A stretch of 64,000 bases of DNA from Octopus vulgaris (Eukaryota). The DNA lies in contig OX597820.1 of assembly GCA_951406725.2 (NCBI GenBank), positions 118,606,001 to 118,670,000 on the forward strand, in the 5' to 3' direction. The first letter of the stretch is position 1; the number at the start of each line of letters is the position of its first letter. The notes beneath the pieces were generated by a model. It was not told the DNA's origin, made no database searches, and saw only the letters and a list, made by a program, of their open reading frames with translations. Below are positions 13,323 through 27,681 of this stretch, in pieces. The position numbers were made by a program, and so were the translations under genes.

Positions 13323-13736
13323 TGTGTGTATATATATCTATAGAGCGAGAGAGAAAGAGGTTATGAGTGGTAATGGTGTCAATAAGACCCAAAGGTGTCA
13401 GGCAATGCTGAGTAAGTGCTATGGACAGACTATAGTTAAGTTCCAGGTGCGGTGATTATGCGAATAAGGAGTCCAACGTAGGTCATATATCAGCATGTGT
13501 ATATATAATTTATTTTTTCTCAGAATGAGATAAAATTCCAAGGGTGTGAAAGAATTCAGAACATTTATTAATAGAAGGTCTTCCGAGATATTTTTTATAT
13601 CCCTTCATCGGAGATGATTTGAGAAAATGGTTAAGCAATAGTTAATTTAGATAAGATATGAAATAGAGAGTGAAGTGGAGGAATAAAAACAGATGTGAGA
13701 TATGCAGGGACATTGCGTCTGTTGATCCATTATGCA

Positions 13737-13935
<199 letters not shown>

Positions 13936-14268
13936 GCGGGAACGACTGTTTCAACGAAGTCGCGTCCCGACGTTCGAAACGCGGGAGTAGATAAAACAGG
14001 GGACAACTGATAAAGGGAATGTGTTCTTTATGTTTCCTGTCTCGTTTCTGTATTTGTTTATTTCATTGTTCGAAAACAAGTTCGTTTTACATGTTTCTGT
14101 CTTTTTTTATGTTCTCGATTTCCATTCTGTTCACTTTTTTTGATGTCCTGTACCGATAAATGCATGTACATATACATATATATGTAGATATGTACATATT
14201 TGTATATATACATGCATATATATATATATATATATATATCCCACTTCTGACAAGCATCTTTTTGTGAA

Positions 14269-14609
14269 GGCGCATGGCTCAGTGGTTAGAGCGTCGAGCT
14301 TACGATCGTGAGGTTGTGAGCTCGAATCCCGGACCGGGCTGCGTGTTGTGTTCTTGAGCAAGACACTTTATTTCACGTTGCTCCAGTTCACTCAGCTGTA
14401 GAAATGAGTTGCGACGTCACAGGTGCCAAGCTGTATCGACCTTTGTCTTTCCCTTGGATAACACTGGTGGCGTGGAGAGGGGAGGCCGGTATGCATGGGC
14501 GACTACTGGTCTTCCATAAAACAACCTTGCCCAGACTTGTGCCTCAGAGGGTAACTCTCTAGGTGCAAACCCATGGTCACTTATGACCGAAGGGGGTCTT
14601 TAACCTTTA
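14269..14609 (+). mobile_element. tRNA-derived SINE family D (CORE-like)
   Basis: ggcgcatggctcagtggttagagcg head, ctcgaatccc B box, gttcttgagcaagacacttt CORE-like motif. Confidence 0.8.
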
Positions 14610-14632
14610 TATATATATATCATTCATATTAA

Positions 14633-14683
<51 letters not shown>

Positions 14684-14788
14684 AAGTAAGTAGTCAAAAG
14701 TTGAAGAAATGTTCTATTACTTATATGCACTTAGCAGTTTCATTACCTTTGGAAATTTTCAAACATTGTTGCCTATTTTATATATTGC

Positions 14789-14821
<33 letters not shown>

Positions 14822-15970
14822 TTGTGTCTGTGTGTGTGTGTATGTGTGTGTGGGTGTGGGGGGATGAGTGTGAGTGCATATGTGTGTGTGTATATATGTA
14901 AGTATTATGCATGTACGTACGCCAGCTGTTTTTTGAAGAACGTGGCAAAGAACAAATATTATCTGAAATGCTTGTGTTATTGATAAATCTGTCCAGAAAT
15001 GTCTAACTGTTTATTTATTGTTGGTTTTAATAGAGAGAAAATATTAGCCTTTTGATTGGCTTTCGATCAAGATATATTAATGTCATTTTATACATTTTTG
15101 TGCATGTCTGTGTTAGTGCGTAAGTTTGGTCCACTGCGCCTTTGAGTGTATGTATGTGTGTGTGTGTGTGTGGCTTTGCGCACATATGACGATTATTTAG
15201 AAATCATTTTCAGTAACCTGTCTTAGTAATAGCAGTAACGACAACGTAATTAAAATCTGGTGGCGACTTGGTTTCGTTCATCGGGAAAAGTTATTCTCCA
15301 ATAAAATTATTTTTTGTTAACAGAATATTTAAGCGTTTAACTTTGGAGCATATCTTTTGATAAAGTACTACTCAATTTTCTTCCGGCATTTTGAATAATC
15401 GTTTGGGCAATTTTAGAACGAGAAATATCTGGGATGTGTTGTTCAAATGGATTTCTAGATGTTTTTAAAACGGGATCCTCTATATTCTGCTCGTGTCATC
15501 TGATATTTATTCATTCTTACTTGCTCAGTGAGTTTCTCATCTGACGTCGGTCAACCGGAAACTCGCGTAGCAAGTAGGGTAACTTGTGCGATGTAATGAA
15601 CTTCTTGTTTCTCAGTTCATGTTTGCATTTATTTAGATTGGGTATCCAATTTGAAACTTTATATTGGGTCCAGTTTCGAGATATTTGAAATCGATACCGC
15701 ATATTCACATTTGCTGTACTCTCAAGCTTTTATGGACAATTCAGAATTGTCCCACCGCATGAATTCTACTCCTGTGGGTTGTATATAGCGTTTTTGTGGT
15801 TAAGGTTTGTTGTTCTTTATGTAACTTACAATTTGATTCATGTACTTCGACTAAAGCTCTCATTTCAGGGCTTTGAAATAGGATTAGTAGATTTGATTTC
15901 CCGGTGGGTAATATGAATGTCACTCCTGGATATATATGCATGTATATATATGTAAGTGTATATCTATAAA

Positions 15971-16176
15971 GTTAATCCAAACAAGAAAGCACCAAAAAAA
16001 CACAACAACGCGAGGACGTGGAACAAATATAGTATTATTGGACGCTCAGAAAAGATGGAAAGAAGGAGGGTTTAACGTTTCGAGCGGAGCTCTTCGTCGG
16101 AAACATAGGAGAAGGAAAGATCCAGAGAAGGGAAGACAGAGGAAAAAAAATCGCCAACGGTATACACACGAGGTCA
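15971..16176 (-). mobile_element. ~205-bp non-coding repeat with minimal hammerhead at 16070-16104
   Basis: Reverse complement gttt-CCGACGA-a-gagc tcc gctc-GAAACGTT-aaac; inverted copy at 17237. Confidence 0.75.
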
Positions 16177-16840
16177 CATTTTGTCTATCTATATGTATAT
16201 ACACTTATATAATATATAAATATGTGTATTGACATATGTAGGGTGTGTATCAGTTCGTGTGTGTACAGATGTCCTAATTCTAAGATATATGCCTGATGTA
16301 TATACACAAATATATATATACGCATGTCTCCCTTTCTGAATACGTTTTTGAGTTAAGAAGTATAGGACACTATCTGTGTCCCGGCGTTAAATAATATTTC
16401 GTTTAGAAAACAAATAATATAGTAAAATAGAGAACAAACATGTTTATAGACAACAATGAAAATATATAGAAAAATTAAACATGAATTACAGAAAAACAAA
16501 AGCTTGATTAACCATAAGAAATACGGTGAATGTAAAGTAAGAAGATAATAATAAAACAACGGGAGACAAAATGCAAATGTAAACGAAAGTATAAAAAATG
16601 AAATATATTATAATAACTGGAAAAAAAGCCTCAAACAAATGAAAATATTCTTTAAATACAATTGTTTATAAATTTATCTGTTTGTTTACTTAACTTTGTT
16701 TCTCTCTATTTAACTATGCAAATATCAACAGCGACACGAATGTTGATATTTACAAATGTTTGTATATGAGTGTATATATATATATATATATGTATATATA
16801 TAAGTGCGTGTGTGTGTGTCTGTATGTATATATAAATATA

Positions 16841-16897
<57 letters not shown>

Positions 16898-16933
16898 ACA
16901 TATATAGGCATATATGTATAAATGTATTTATAT

Positions 16934-17013
<80 letters not shown>

Positions 17014-17236
17014 TTATATATATATAGATACATATATATATATATATATACATTTATATATCTATGTCGCCATACGTGCATATACACACTTGCATTATCA
17101 TACAAATATATTATCTGGACCTTTGTCTCACAACTTAAACTCCATGCGCACCATATGTATAACATACACACATAAACACATGTTCATGCACATGTACACA
17201 CACACGCATGTATGTATATATATATATATATATATA

Positions 17237-17443
17237 TGACCTCGTGAGTACCGCTGGCGATTTTTTTCCTCTGTCTTCCCTTCTCGGGATCTTTCCTTCT
17301 CCTATGTTTCCGACGAAGAGCTCCGTTCGAAACGTTAAACCCTCCTTCTTCCCTTCTTTCCTGAGAGTCCAATAATACTTTATTTGTTCCACGTCCTCGC
17401 GTTGTTGTGTTGTTTTGTTTTTTTGTGGTTTCTTGTTTGGATT

Positions 17444-17446
<3 letters not shown>
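17237..17446 (+). mobile_element. ~210-bp non-coding repeat in (TA)n with minimal hammerhead at 17306-17340
   Basis: gttt-CCGACGA-a-gagc tcc gttc-GAAACGTT-aaac; (TA)n on both sides. Confidence 0.78.
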
Positions 17447-17503
<57 letters not shown>

Positions 17504-17889
17504 CATATTTATACACGTGTGTGCATATGTGAGCATGTGTATATGTATGCACTTACAATCTCACAAAGATATCCACACAGACTCATGCATATGGGTGGAT
17601 GCATTTTTAAGAGCGAGATGATTGATGTGTTGTGGATACTGGTACCTGGAAGAGAGGATTCGATATCATTATAGGGTAAACTTTCTGTTATATTAGAATT
17701 CTCTCTCTCCCGTATAGTAACGCGCCTGCGTGGATCTTCAGATTATATGTGCTTTTGCGTGTATTTCCGTGTGCGCGGGAAAGGAGTAGACATAGCTGTG
17801 GCCTCACAATTGCAGCTATTACTGCCTTCCTGGGACGACCAGTTCCATTTCAGTAAATTTGGTAGACAGAAACTCAGGCAAACCCGTCC

Positions 17890-17933
<44 letters not shown>

Positions 17934-18204
17934 CTGGGCAAAAGATGTACATACTCCGCTTTCTGCCAAAATTTGAATGCCCTTACCTAGGAAATCTGGG
18001 GTCTACCAATTTTGGACAGTCTTTAGTGTAACAGGCCGAAACTGTAATGATGATTGGAAGCTTGACAGATGAATAGAAATCCACGAATGTTCCGTCCTAG
18101 TTTTCTTGTCCATCTTTTCATCGTCCATCTGTTCGTATATTCTTATTGTCGTCCATTACGTTCTTGTTCCGTTTTTTGAAGCTATCTCTCTCTCTTTCTT
18201 TCTT

Positions 18205-18259
<55 letters not shown>

Positions 18260-18686
18260 GTACATATATAGATCTGTGCATGAGTTAGTGTATGTGCATG
18301 TCCCCAAACTGTTACATAACCAGTAGTGGTTTGTTTATTGCCTCCAACTTACCGGTTCGTCAAAAGCGAGCGGTAGAATAAGTACCAGACTTTACAAATA
18401 AATACTGCCATTGATCTATTCGACTTAACCACTTCAAAGAGGCGATCCAGCATGGTCGTAGTCCAATGAATGATACAAATGATACAAATGAAATAATATA
18501 ATATATACACGTGTGTGTGTGAGTGTGTATATACGGGAGAGCGTTTGGTTGCATACACCTTTTCAGTATTACACGTATACGTATACTAGCTTATATGGCT
18601 GTCTTCTCAGCCCACGTTTGTATATATGTTTGTACAATATGTGTATACATAGACATATATATATACGTGCATACTTATGTGTGTGC

Positions 18687-18762
<76 letters not shown>

Positions 18763-18797
18763 GTATAAATATATATATATAAATATAAATATAAATA

Positions 18798-18842
<45 letters not shown>

Positions 18843-20597
18843 TATATATTATATATATATATACGCACACATATATATTATGCGTGTATGTTATATGTAA
18901 TCAAATCAAAGCTAAACAAGCTAAAAATCTATTGGAAATATCTGGGTTTATCTAAATCTGAAGCCATGTCGCATAGGCAAAGGATCTGAAGATTCGCTTC
19001 AACTGAGCAGAACAGATTTTAATGTGTTTTCGGTTATCTGGGGAGTAATTGGTCAAAATCAGTGAACCACAAATGAAACATCGGATAGAATATATAAATA
19101 AAGAAACTGATGAACGGAAAATATATAAAGTTAAAGTAAATAGTAAATATAAATTATCAATAAATAACGAAGTTTTTTTTAATTTTATTTATGACAGATA
19201 AGTCTCTCTCCTTCTCTCTGGCTCTCAGTATCTCGGTCTCTCTTTATATACACACGCATGTATACGCTTATATATGTGCCTATATATGTGTAAATATCCC
19301 TCTCCTTTTCCCTTTCTCTTTATAAACGAATATATATCTATGTGTGTATATGTAGATATACAAACATGTATATGAACCAACTCATTACATTAAACCAACG
19401 TATTTCATTTTTATCCTATTTTAATATCACTATGTATAAGTGTATGAGTGTATATGCGTGTGTATATATATGTATGTTTGTGTGTGTGTGTATGTGTGTG
19501 TGTGTGTGTCAATGTAAATCTCCTGGCTTTCATTTTCTATGTGTATATGTGTGTTGTGCCTATTCTGCTACTATTCCTGGGTGTGCTCTTATACATACTG
19601 GTATACAAATTCCTATTGATATGATTCTTGTTGCTGAATTAGCTAAGACGCACCTCCTTTCCTTAAACTAATGATCTTTTCTGTATCCAATTCTCTCCAG
19701 ACTCTATTTTTTATATCCACTCCGCTCTTATCAGTAACCCTTATCTTCTTTTCTCCTAACCGTCATTTCTTAGATCATTTCACAGAGTCTTATGCACGAC
19801 TGCTAATCCTCTTCAAATCCCTGTCTTTCCCCACTAGACAAGCAGTAGGGTTTATTTATTGCCTCAAACTTACCAGTTCGCCAAAAGACAAATACAGCAA
19901 AAGAAAGAGCATTTTTCTGTGTCTCTCCGAAGAAAGACTGTGTACGAAGCGTCAAGCATCCATCTGCCAATAACAACCAAATATGGTAAACTTTCAAGTT
20001 GATGTGCACACACAGATATGCACACATATACACACACCCCTGCATACACACACATGCGTACGCACACATATTCGTATGCATGCTGAAGTATGTACATGTA
20101 CATAGATAAACTACTTAAATGGAACTGAACGTACTTTTTTCTGGACATGCCCTTTATCAAAGAGGAGTAAAAATATGAAGAGTGGCAAAAGGATAAGAAA
20201 AATGCACGATATTGAAAGTAAGAAATCTGTTTACGTAGCAGGTCTAATGTATGAGTGAAGCCGGCGAGTAGGATAGAAGGACCTGATGTAGCGGTATTAT
20301 CACGGTCCCAGGGAGAGTAAGTGGCAGTAGAGGGATGGATGGAGAGAGAGAAAAAGAAAGAGAGAGAGAGAGAGAGGGACGAAAAATTGAGAGAGATTAC
20401 AATATGTAATCGTGGGTGTGCATGTGTATTGTGAGGTTTAGTTAAATGTATCACATTTTCACTTTTGTAGAGAATAAATAGCATTTCTTGAAATACATGT
20501 AGTTATGTGTGTAGCAGTCATGCTTGCATTATATTGCATGTGTCCAATCAGGTATATTTATATACCTATGTGTATATATTTTTTTTTTTTTTTTTTT

Positions 20598-20829
20598 TTT
20601 TGTACTTGTTTCAGTCATTTGACTGCGGCCATGCTGGAGCACCGCCTTTTAGAGTGGTGAAAGAGTACAGCAGGGATCACCACCTCCTGCCGGAGCCTCG
20701 TGGAGCTTTTAGGTGTTTTTTTCGCTCAATAAACACACACAACGCCCGGTCTGGGAATCGAAACCGCGATCCTCCGACCGCAAGTCCGCTGCCCTAACCG
20801 CTAGGCCATTGCGCCTCCACATATATAAA

Positions 20830-20860
<31 letters not shown>

Positions 20861-21226
20861 TAAAAACGACAAACATGCACACATACAGAGTTCTGAAACT
20901 CGCACATACATGCTAGTCGTGGTGGCACTCCGTCGGTTACGACGACAAGCGTTCCAGTTGACCCAGTCAACGGAACAGCCTGCCCGCGAAATTATCCTGT
21001 AAGTGGCTGAGCACTCCAGAGAATACGTGTACCCTTAACGTAGTTCTCGGGGAGATTCAGCGTGACACAATGTGTGACAAGGCTGGCCCTTTAAAATACA
21101 GGTACAACAGAAACAGGAACTTTAGGTGTTTCCCTTCCTTAAACACAATGCCCGGTCTGGGAATCGAAACTGCGATCCCACGACCGCGAGTCCGCTGCCC
21201 TAGCCACTGGGCCATTGCACCTCCAC
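20598..21226 (-). mobile_element. SINE cluster: family C tail fused to a family B head (20598-20820); internally deleted family B (20925-21226)
   Basis: Similarity to 8224-8612 and 8806-9227. Confidence 0.8.
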
Positions 21227-22871
21227 ACATACTAGTAGTTGTGTGCATATATGATAGTATAAGTTATTTCTTCCTATGCTATTGCATCGAAAAATATTTT
21301 ATCAATAGGGCCTTCCTTTTTCAAAACATTATGGGCATGACAGGGGCCAACTTAGGAGTCATGTTGTTGACGCTTGTAATTTCTGAGTGTATCTAATAAA
21401 TAAAGATTATTGCCCGAGCTGGCAGAATCGTTATCACCAGAATTAACTCCTGACCGCTGATGTGAAAGCCGAAGGCTATGAAAAAGTTGAGGCAGACATA
21501 GCGGGAAGTCTACAAATATACGAACAGAATTTCAGAGCAGAGCAGACGACAAAACTATTCCAGTTTTTTTTATTAAAAGAGACCGTAAAAATGTAGGAAA
21601 TATGAATGCTTATTTAAGAACATTGCTGTTCCTAAATAATTCCCGAAATAATTGCCAAAATAATTGACACCAAAGTATAGAAAGTCTGTAATAAAATAGA
21701 TAATGCTGGATCTTGTCTTTTATGAAATACACACACACATACACACCTACCATAATGAGTAAAGTTGAACACACACACATATATATTATATGTAAATATA
21801 TATATTATATATTAATGTATGTATGTATGTACACACACACACACACAGTCACATACACACATACACACGCATACACACGCACACAGTCACATACACACAT
21901 ACGCACACATACACGCACACACATATAATCCAAGAGTTGGTACAGAAATACTTGTAACAAGCCATTAAAGGCGTGTTAAAGAATTTCTTTGTTTTATTAA
22001 TATTTGAATTATAGTTTACTCGTCGCCAAACTCACATTATGCCGTGACCGTTGTGAAATCAGGATTTTCTACGGTTGAAGAAAATTCCAACATTGGTTTG
22101 GAGCCGGACGGTGTTGATAGCCCAGTGTTCGAACTGAGTGTTTCTCTGGAAAAATTCTAACAGAACTTAAGATATACATATGTATAAATAAGGATAAGAC
22201 CCTTATTTAAATACCGATTAAATCAAGTGGCAGCATGGGAAGAAAAATCCTTATAGGTTATAATTCTTATTAAAATTAAAAATAAGGGTATCTAAGCAAT
22301 ACCACCATGCTTGAAATAGCAGTCAAAACTTGACTCTAATACCACATCATGGATTCAATACAGGAAAAGGTGAAAAGACAAATAGATAAATACTCTAGTA
22401 AAAATTGGACAATTCAAGGCCCTGGGTTTCTGGCTCTGCATAAAGATACGTTGCCTTCATCAATGAAATATCTCTTAGATGCCCTTATTTCTAATTTCAA
22501 TACACACACACACACACACACGATTACTGTACGTTGACAAGAGGCAAATTACCTCGAAACTGCAGTCCGTGCGTATCGCTTAGGTTTACGAAAGAGGGAT
22601 GACCTCCCTTTGCAAATACCATAAGAGCACAGAAAGTGTGCCTAAAGCCAGCTGGAGACGATGATCTCCTGGGGCTAAAAGCTACAGTAACACCCACCCT
22701 TAGTGATTAGCCATATTGAGATGGCTAGTATATGGATTAATTTAGTTTTTCATTATTGAATTGATAAAAGGTGTTTTTTTTCTAATTTGTATATATATAT
22801 ATTATATTTTGTGAAATTTAATTTAGTATTTCTAAATTGAATTTTTCCCTGTAAGTTTGGAATAATATTCC

Positions 22872-22923
<52 letters not shown>

Positions 22924-23685
22924 TACATTTATGCATGTGTGTATGTGTGTGTCTGTGTGTATGTATATAGAATCGATTCAATCGTTTTGTCAACTGCCTC
23001 TTTTAGTAGAAGATTTGTACTAAGACTTGTTTTCGATTACAACATGCGCGCGTGCTCTTACTAGACGTACAAACCACAACAGAAAAACATATTAAAAAGA
23101 GTAGTCTTCGGATTTGATCATATCAAAATATAATATTGTGCTCTGATAAGATGGAAATTTTATTAAATTTAAAAGGGAAACGAAAGGAATATATTCGCTG
23201 CAAGTCTTGTAGAAAATAAATTTTATCTCTTGTGTCACGAAGCGTAAGTTTGCTGCGATGTTCACTTGCGCGATGCGTTAGATATCCGGAGAATGTTATA
23301 ATGCCATGGTAACAGATGCACGATTTACGTGTCCTGGAGGAAGATGCTTACGTCAAATGTGACACACATAGTCTTCTGTACACAAACATGCATATATATA
23401 CATACATACATATACAAAGAGGCACATATTGACATACATACATACACACACGCATATGTACATGTGTGTGTTTGTGCGTACACATACACACATATACATA
23501 TATGCTTAAGCATATATACCTATGTGCTTAGATCATTCTCTTTTTCTCTCTTCGAGTGTATGTGCGTATTTTCGTGTGTATATAATGTATATTTTCAAAT
23601 ATCAGCAAACTGGAAGACAAAAGCATTTAGCCATGCACAGAACCACGTGTATTTATGTACGATATATAGACATGTATATATGTAT

Positions 23686-23730
<45 letters not shown>

Positions 23731-23886
23731 AAATGTTTAAATAAAAAAAGGCGGTGGTCCAGCATGGCCGCAGTCAAATGACTGAAACAAGTAAAAGAGT
23801 AAAAGAGTATATATATCGGAGTAAACACATAAATGTGAAACAAGGTGGAAAAAAGAGTACTCAAATACCAGTGGTAGAGTAATATG

Positions 23887-24030
23887 CTTTATTTAAAGGA
23901 GCAGAAAATTCAACAAAACCTGTTACTCTGAGTTTCCCGTTGCCGTTCGTCTAGCAAAAACTGTCCGACGAACGGAAATGGGAAACTCAGAGTAACAGGT
24001 TTTGTTGAATTTTCTGCTGCTTTAAATAAA

Positions 24031-24031
<1 letters not shown>
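23887..24031. repeat. Fold-back (~65-bp arms) whose right arm holds a hammerhead (23961-23998, +)
   Basis: ctgt-CCGACGA-acggaaatgg-GAAAC tcaga GTA-acag; left arm is the reverse complement truncated inside the core. Confidence 0.75.
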
Positions 24032-24095
<64 letters not shown>

Positions 24096-24312
24096 AAGTG
24101 TATGATAACGCGTTCGGATCATGAGTGTCCAGAGAAACCATGGAGTAAGAAATATGCAGTGGAGGTAGTAGTCGGTCAATGCCGTCGTCACAGAGACTTA
24201 GAACGGTAAGACTGCGGGTAAATTATATTCATTGAAGTTGTCTTTGATCAGCTTCTTAATTGGAAGGATCTTGTTAGACATCCATATTTTCAGACTATGT
24301 TATTTGAATATC

Positions 24313-24427
<115 letters not shown>

Positions 24428-25056
24428 ATTGATGTGATAACAAACACAGGATCCTGTAAAACCATTATGCATCCACTCATCTATCAAAGTTTGTCTCTGA
24501 CTTTTTGCTAAAACCCAAGACGAAACTCTAGGCTCCTGAGCTGTAATTTGCAAAAATTGTTCTTCTTCCAAGAAATCGAATGAAAAACTGAGACATCATC
24601 AACAGTTGCTCCAGACGTTGGTAAATATCACAGAAAAAGAACTGTACTGTAACCTACAATCCGCGTTCCAATATATGTTTCATCGACGGATGCGTCAAGA
24701 CTGGGTGGAGAAAATATTGAATTAGACAAGATTTAACAAAAAATACATTCCTCTTTAACGTTTAATTTCATTCTTTACTAAGAACAAATAAATATATTTA
24801 TTTCCAGGATATGTGGATTACAATATTCTCTTCTACTCAAGGCACAAAGCCCGAAATTTTGTGGGAGGGAAGCTAGTCGATTAGATCGACCCCAGTATGC
24901 AACTGGTATATAATTTATCGACCCCGAAAGGACGAAAGGCAAAGTCGACCTCGGCTGAATTGTGAATTACAATGTTATCTTAAAGATGCTCATATAGGCT
25001 TCACTTACTACAGGCACGCATGCACAAAGACTTGCTAAGAAACACAATTATATATA

Positions 25057-26281
25057 TGGGGGTTGGACAAAATAATGGAAACACCTTAATATTCCAAACA
25101 AATTTATCTAAATATGGGGTAGGACCGCCTTTGGCAGTAATTACAACTTGAATTCTACGAGGTATGATCTCGTACAAAGTTTAAATTGTTTCCAAAGGAA
25201 TATTTGTCCATTCTTCAGCTAAAAGAGTCTCCAGTTCTTGTGGTGATGATGGTGGAGGATATCGACTCCTTACATGTTTTTCTAAAATGCACCTTACATA
25301 TTCTATAATATTGAGATCTGGGGACTGTGGTGGCCAGATAAGATGTTCAACTTCATTAGAATGTTCCTTATGCCATTCAGTAACAACTTTAGCTGTGTGA
25401 ATTGGTCCATTATCATCCTGAAAGATTGCGTTTCCCTCCGGAAACAGTTCCGCAATCATAGGATGAATTTGATCTGATAAAATGCTTAAATAGTCGTGAC
25501 TATTAATTCTGCCATGAAGAGAAATCATTGGACCGGCGGATGTCCAAGATGTAGCACCCCGCAGACCATCACAGATCCTCCTCCATGTTTAATAGTTGGA
25601 ATATGGCAGTCTGGGTCTTTTGGCTGTCTCCACACGTATACTCAGCCGGTGGTCGGAAATAAGGTAAAGGATGACTCGTCCGAGAAAATGACATTCTTCC
25701 ACTGCTCAAGGGACCAATTCTGTAGGTTTTTACTCTACTCTAAACGCTTTGAAACGTTTGTTTATGAAAGTAGCGGTTTTCTGATTACAGCCCTTCCGTG
25801 AGATCCGGCTTTGTGCAGCTCCCGGAGAACAGTTTTTGTGGAAACTGCGTTCTCGAGGTGGTCATTAGGCTTTGCAGTAATTTTGGGTGCTTTAATTTTG
25901 TGATCCATTCTAGCAATTCTGAAACTTTTGGTTTTCTTCTGGAGTTTTCTTTCGACGAGGAGTTTTTTCCCTCTTTCTCAAAGGCTGTCATTACTTTCGA
26001 GAGAGTACTTCTTGATACACCAAACATTTCGACTGTTACGCTAGTGCCTGGCATACGATCACCAAAATTTGACCTCTTTGAAAGTCCGATAGATCAGTCA
26101 TTTTAATTAATTTTAATTACTTTTTTCTGATAATACCTGAGAAGAAAGAGAAATTTTAGCAAAACGTATTAAGCAACACAATTACTAAACAAATAATGAA
26201 CAACCTTTTGGTGGTTTAATAGATATTTCAAAATTATGATGCTATGATGCTAGGTGTTTCCATTATTTTGTCTAACCTCTG
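25057..26281 (-). mobile_element. Tc1-family DNA transposon fossil (frameshifted DDE transposase)
   Basis: ~30-bp TIRs (ggttggacaaaataatggaaacacct / aggtgtttccattattttgtctaacc), TA flanks; IFQDDNGPIH and WPPQSPDLNIIE motifs. Confidence 0.92.
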
Positions 26282-26342
26282 TATATTTATGTGTGTGTTT
26301 GTGTGTGTGTGTGTAAATACGTACACGCATATATATGTATGT

Positions 26343-26385
<43 letters not shown>

Positions 26386-26603
26386 CTGTGTGTCTCTGTA
26401 TGTGTGTGTGCATATGTGTGCGTATGCATATACACTACAGTATATACATACATATATATATATATACCTGCTTCTTGTTTATACACCTGTATATCGTCCT
26501 CTGTTTTCTGTAAATTTCAGCTACATATATATATGTGTGTGTGTATGTATATGTCTATATATATATATATATACATGTATATATGTCCATAAATGTATAT
26601 GTT

Positions 26604-26642
<39 letters not shown>

Positions 26643-26712
26643 GTATGAAAAGATACGCTTATAAATTTTAGTTTACTGATAAATTGCAAATATATATTGA
26701 AAGTATGTGTGT

Positions 26713-26764
<52 letters not shown>

Positions 26765-27178
26765 GCATATGTATATAGATATATGTATATGTGGGGGTAT
26801 ATATATATATATATGTCTGTGTGTGTGTGTGAGAGAGTGTGTGTGGGTGTATATATGCATGTATTTGTACGTTTGTGTGTGTGTGTGTATGTACTCTTGA
26901 GCGTGGAAACCTACAGTGACAGCTCTAAATGCATAAATACTATTCGGATAAGAGTACATAAACGAATATACACCGATACACCCTAGCAACACTTGCTATT
27001 TATCTTAAGGAAAGTTTGGCTGACCTCTCAAAGAATGCTGGTCTTGACCCAAGTTTTCTCATCGCCAAGTATGAATGGAAGCGAAAATTAATGAGTCCAT
27101 ATCTTTGAAGTTCACCTTTTATGATTGATATCAAATCGTTGTGTAACTTATTAATTATACACTCGAACAACGACTTGA

Positions 27179-27243
<65 letters not shown>

Positions 27244-27278
27244 GATGCATCTTTTTTCTATCTATCTATCTATCTATA

Positions 27279-27362
<84 letters not shown>

Positions 27363-27390
27363 CATGTATCTTTCTTTCTGTCTATCTATA

Positions 27391-27481
<91 letters not shown>

Positions 27482-27681
27482 TGACGGATGTGATGTCGTT
27501 TCAGCTCCGAAGGTAATCATTTATTTTGACTATTTATAGGCCAATTTTTGTGTAGATTTTTGCAAATAAGGTGTGTAAGGCAACCAACTTTCATTTGAGT
27601 GCTTTTCCAAGGGAGGAATTCGCCCCTAGGGGCAGTTTCGACCCCATTTCATTTCTATTATTTTCTTCTCGACATTAGAAA

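Noticed and set aside
13565-13620. Minus-strand CCGATGA plus stem II
   Set aside because: GAAAC and loop III are missing; relic at best
14269-14345. Possible tRNA genes at SINE heads
   Set aside because: Imperfect cloverleaf, no oligo-T terminator, continuous with SINE bodies
15517-15941. Short minus-strand ORFs in non-repetitive DNA as host exons
   Set aside because: No recognisable motif or supportable splice structure
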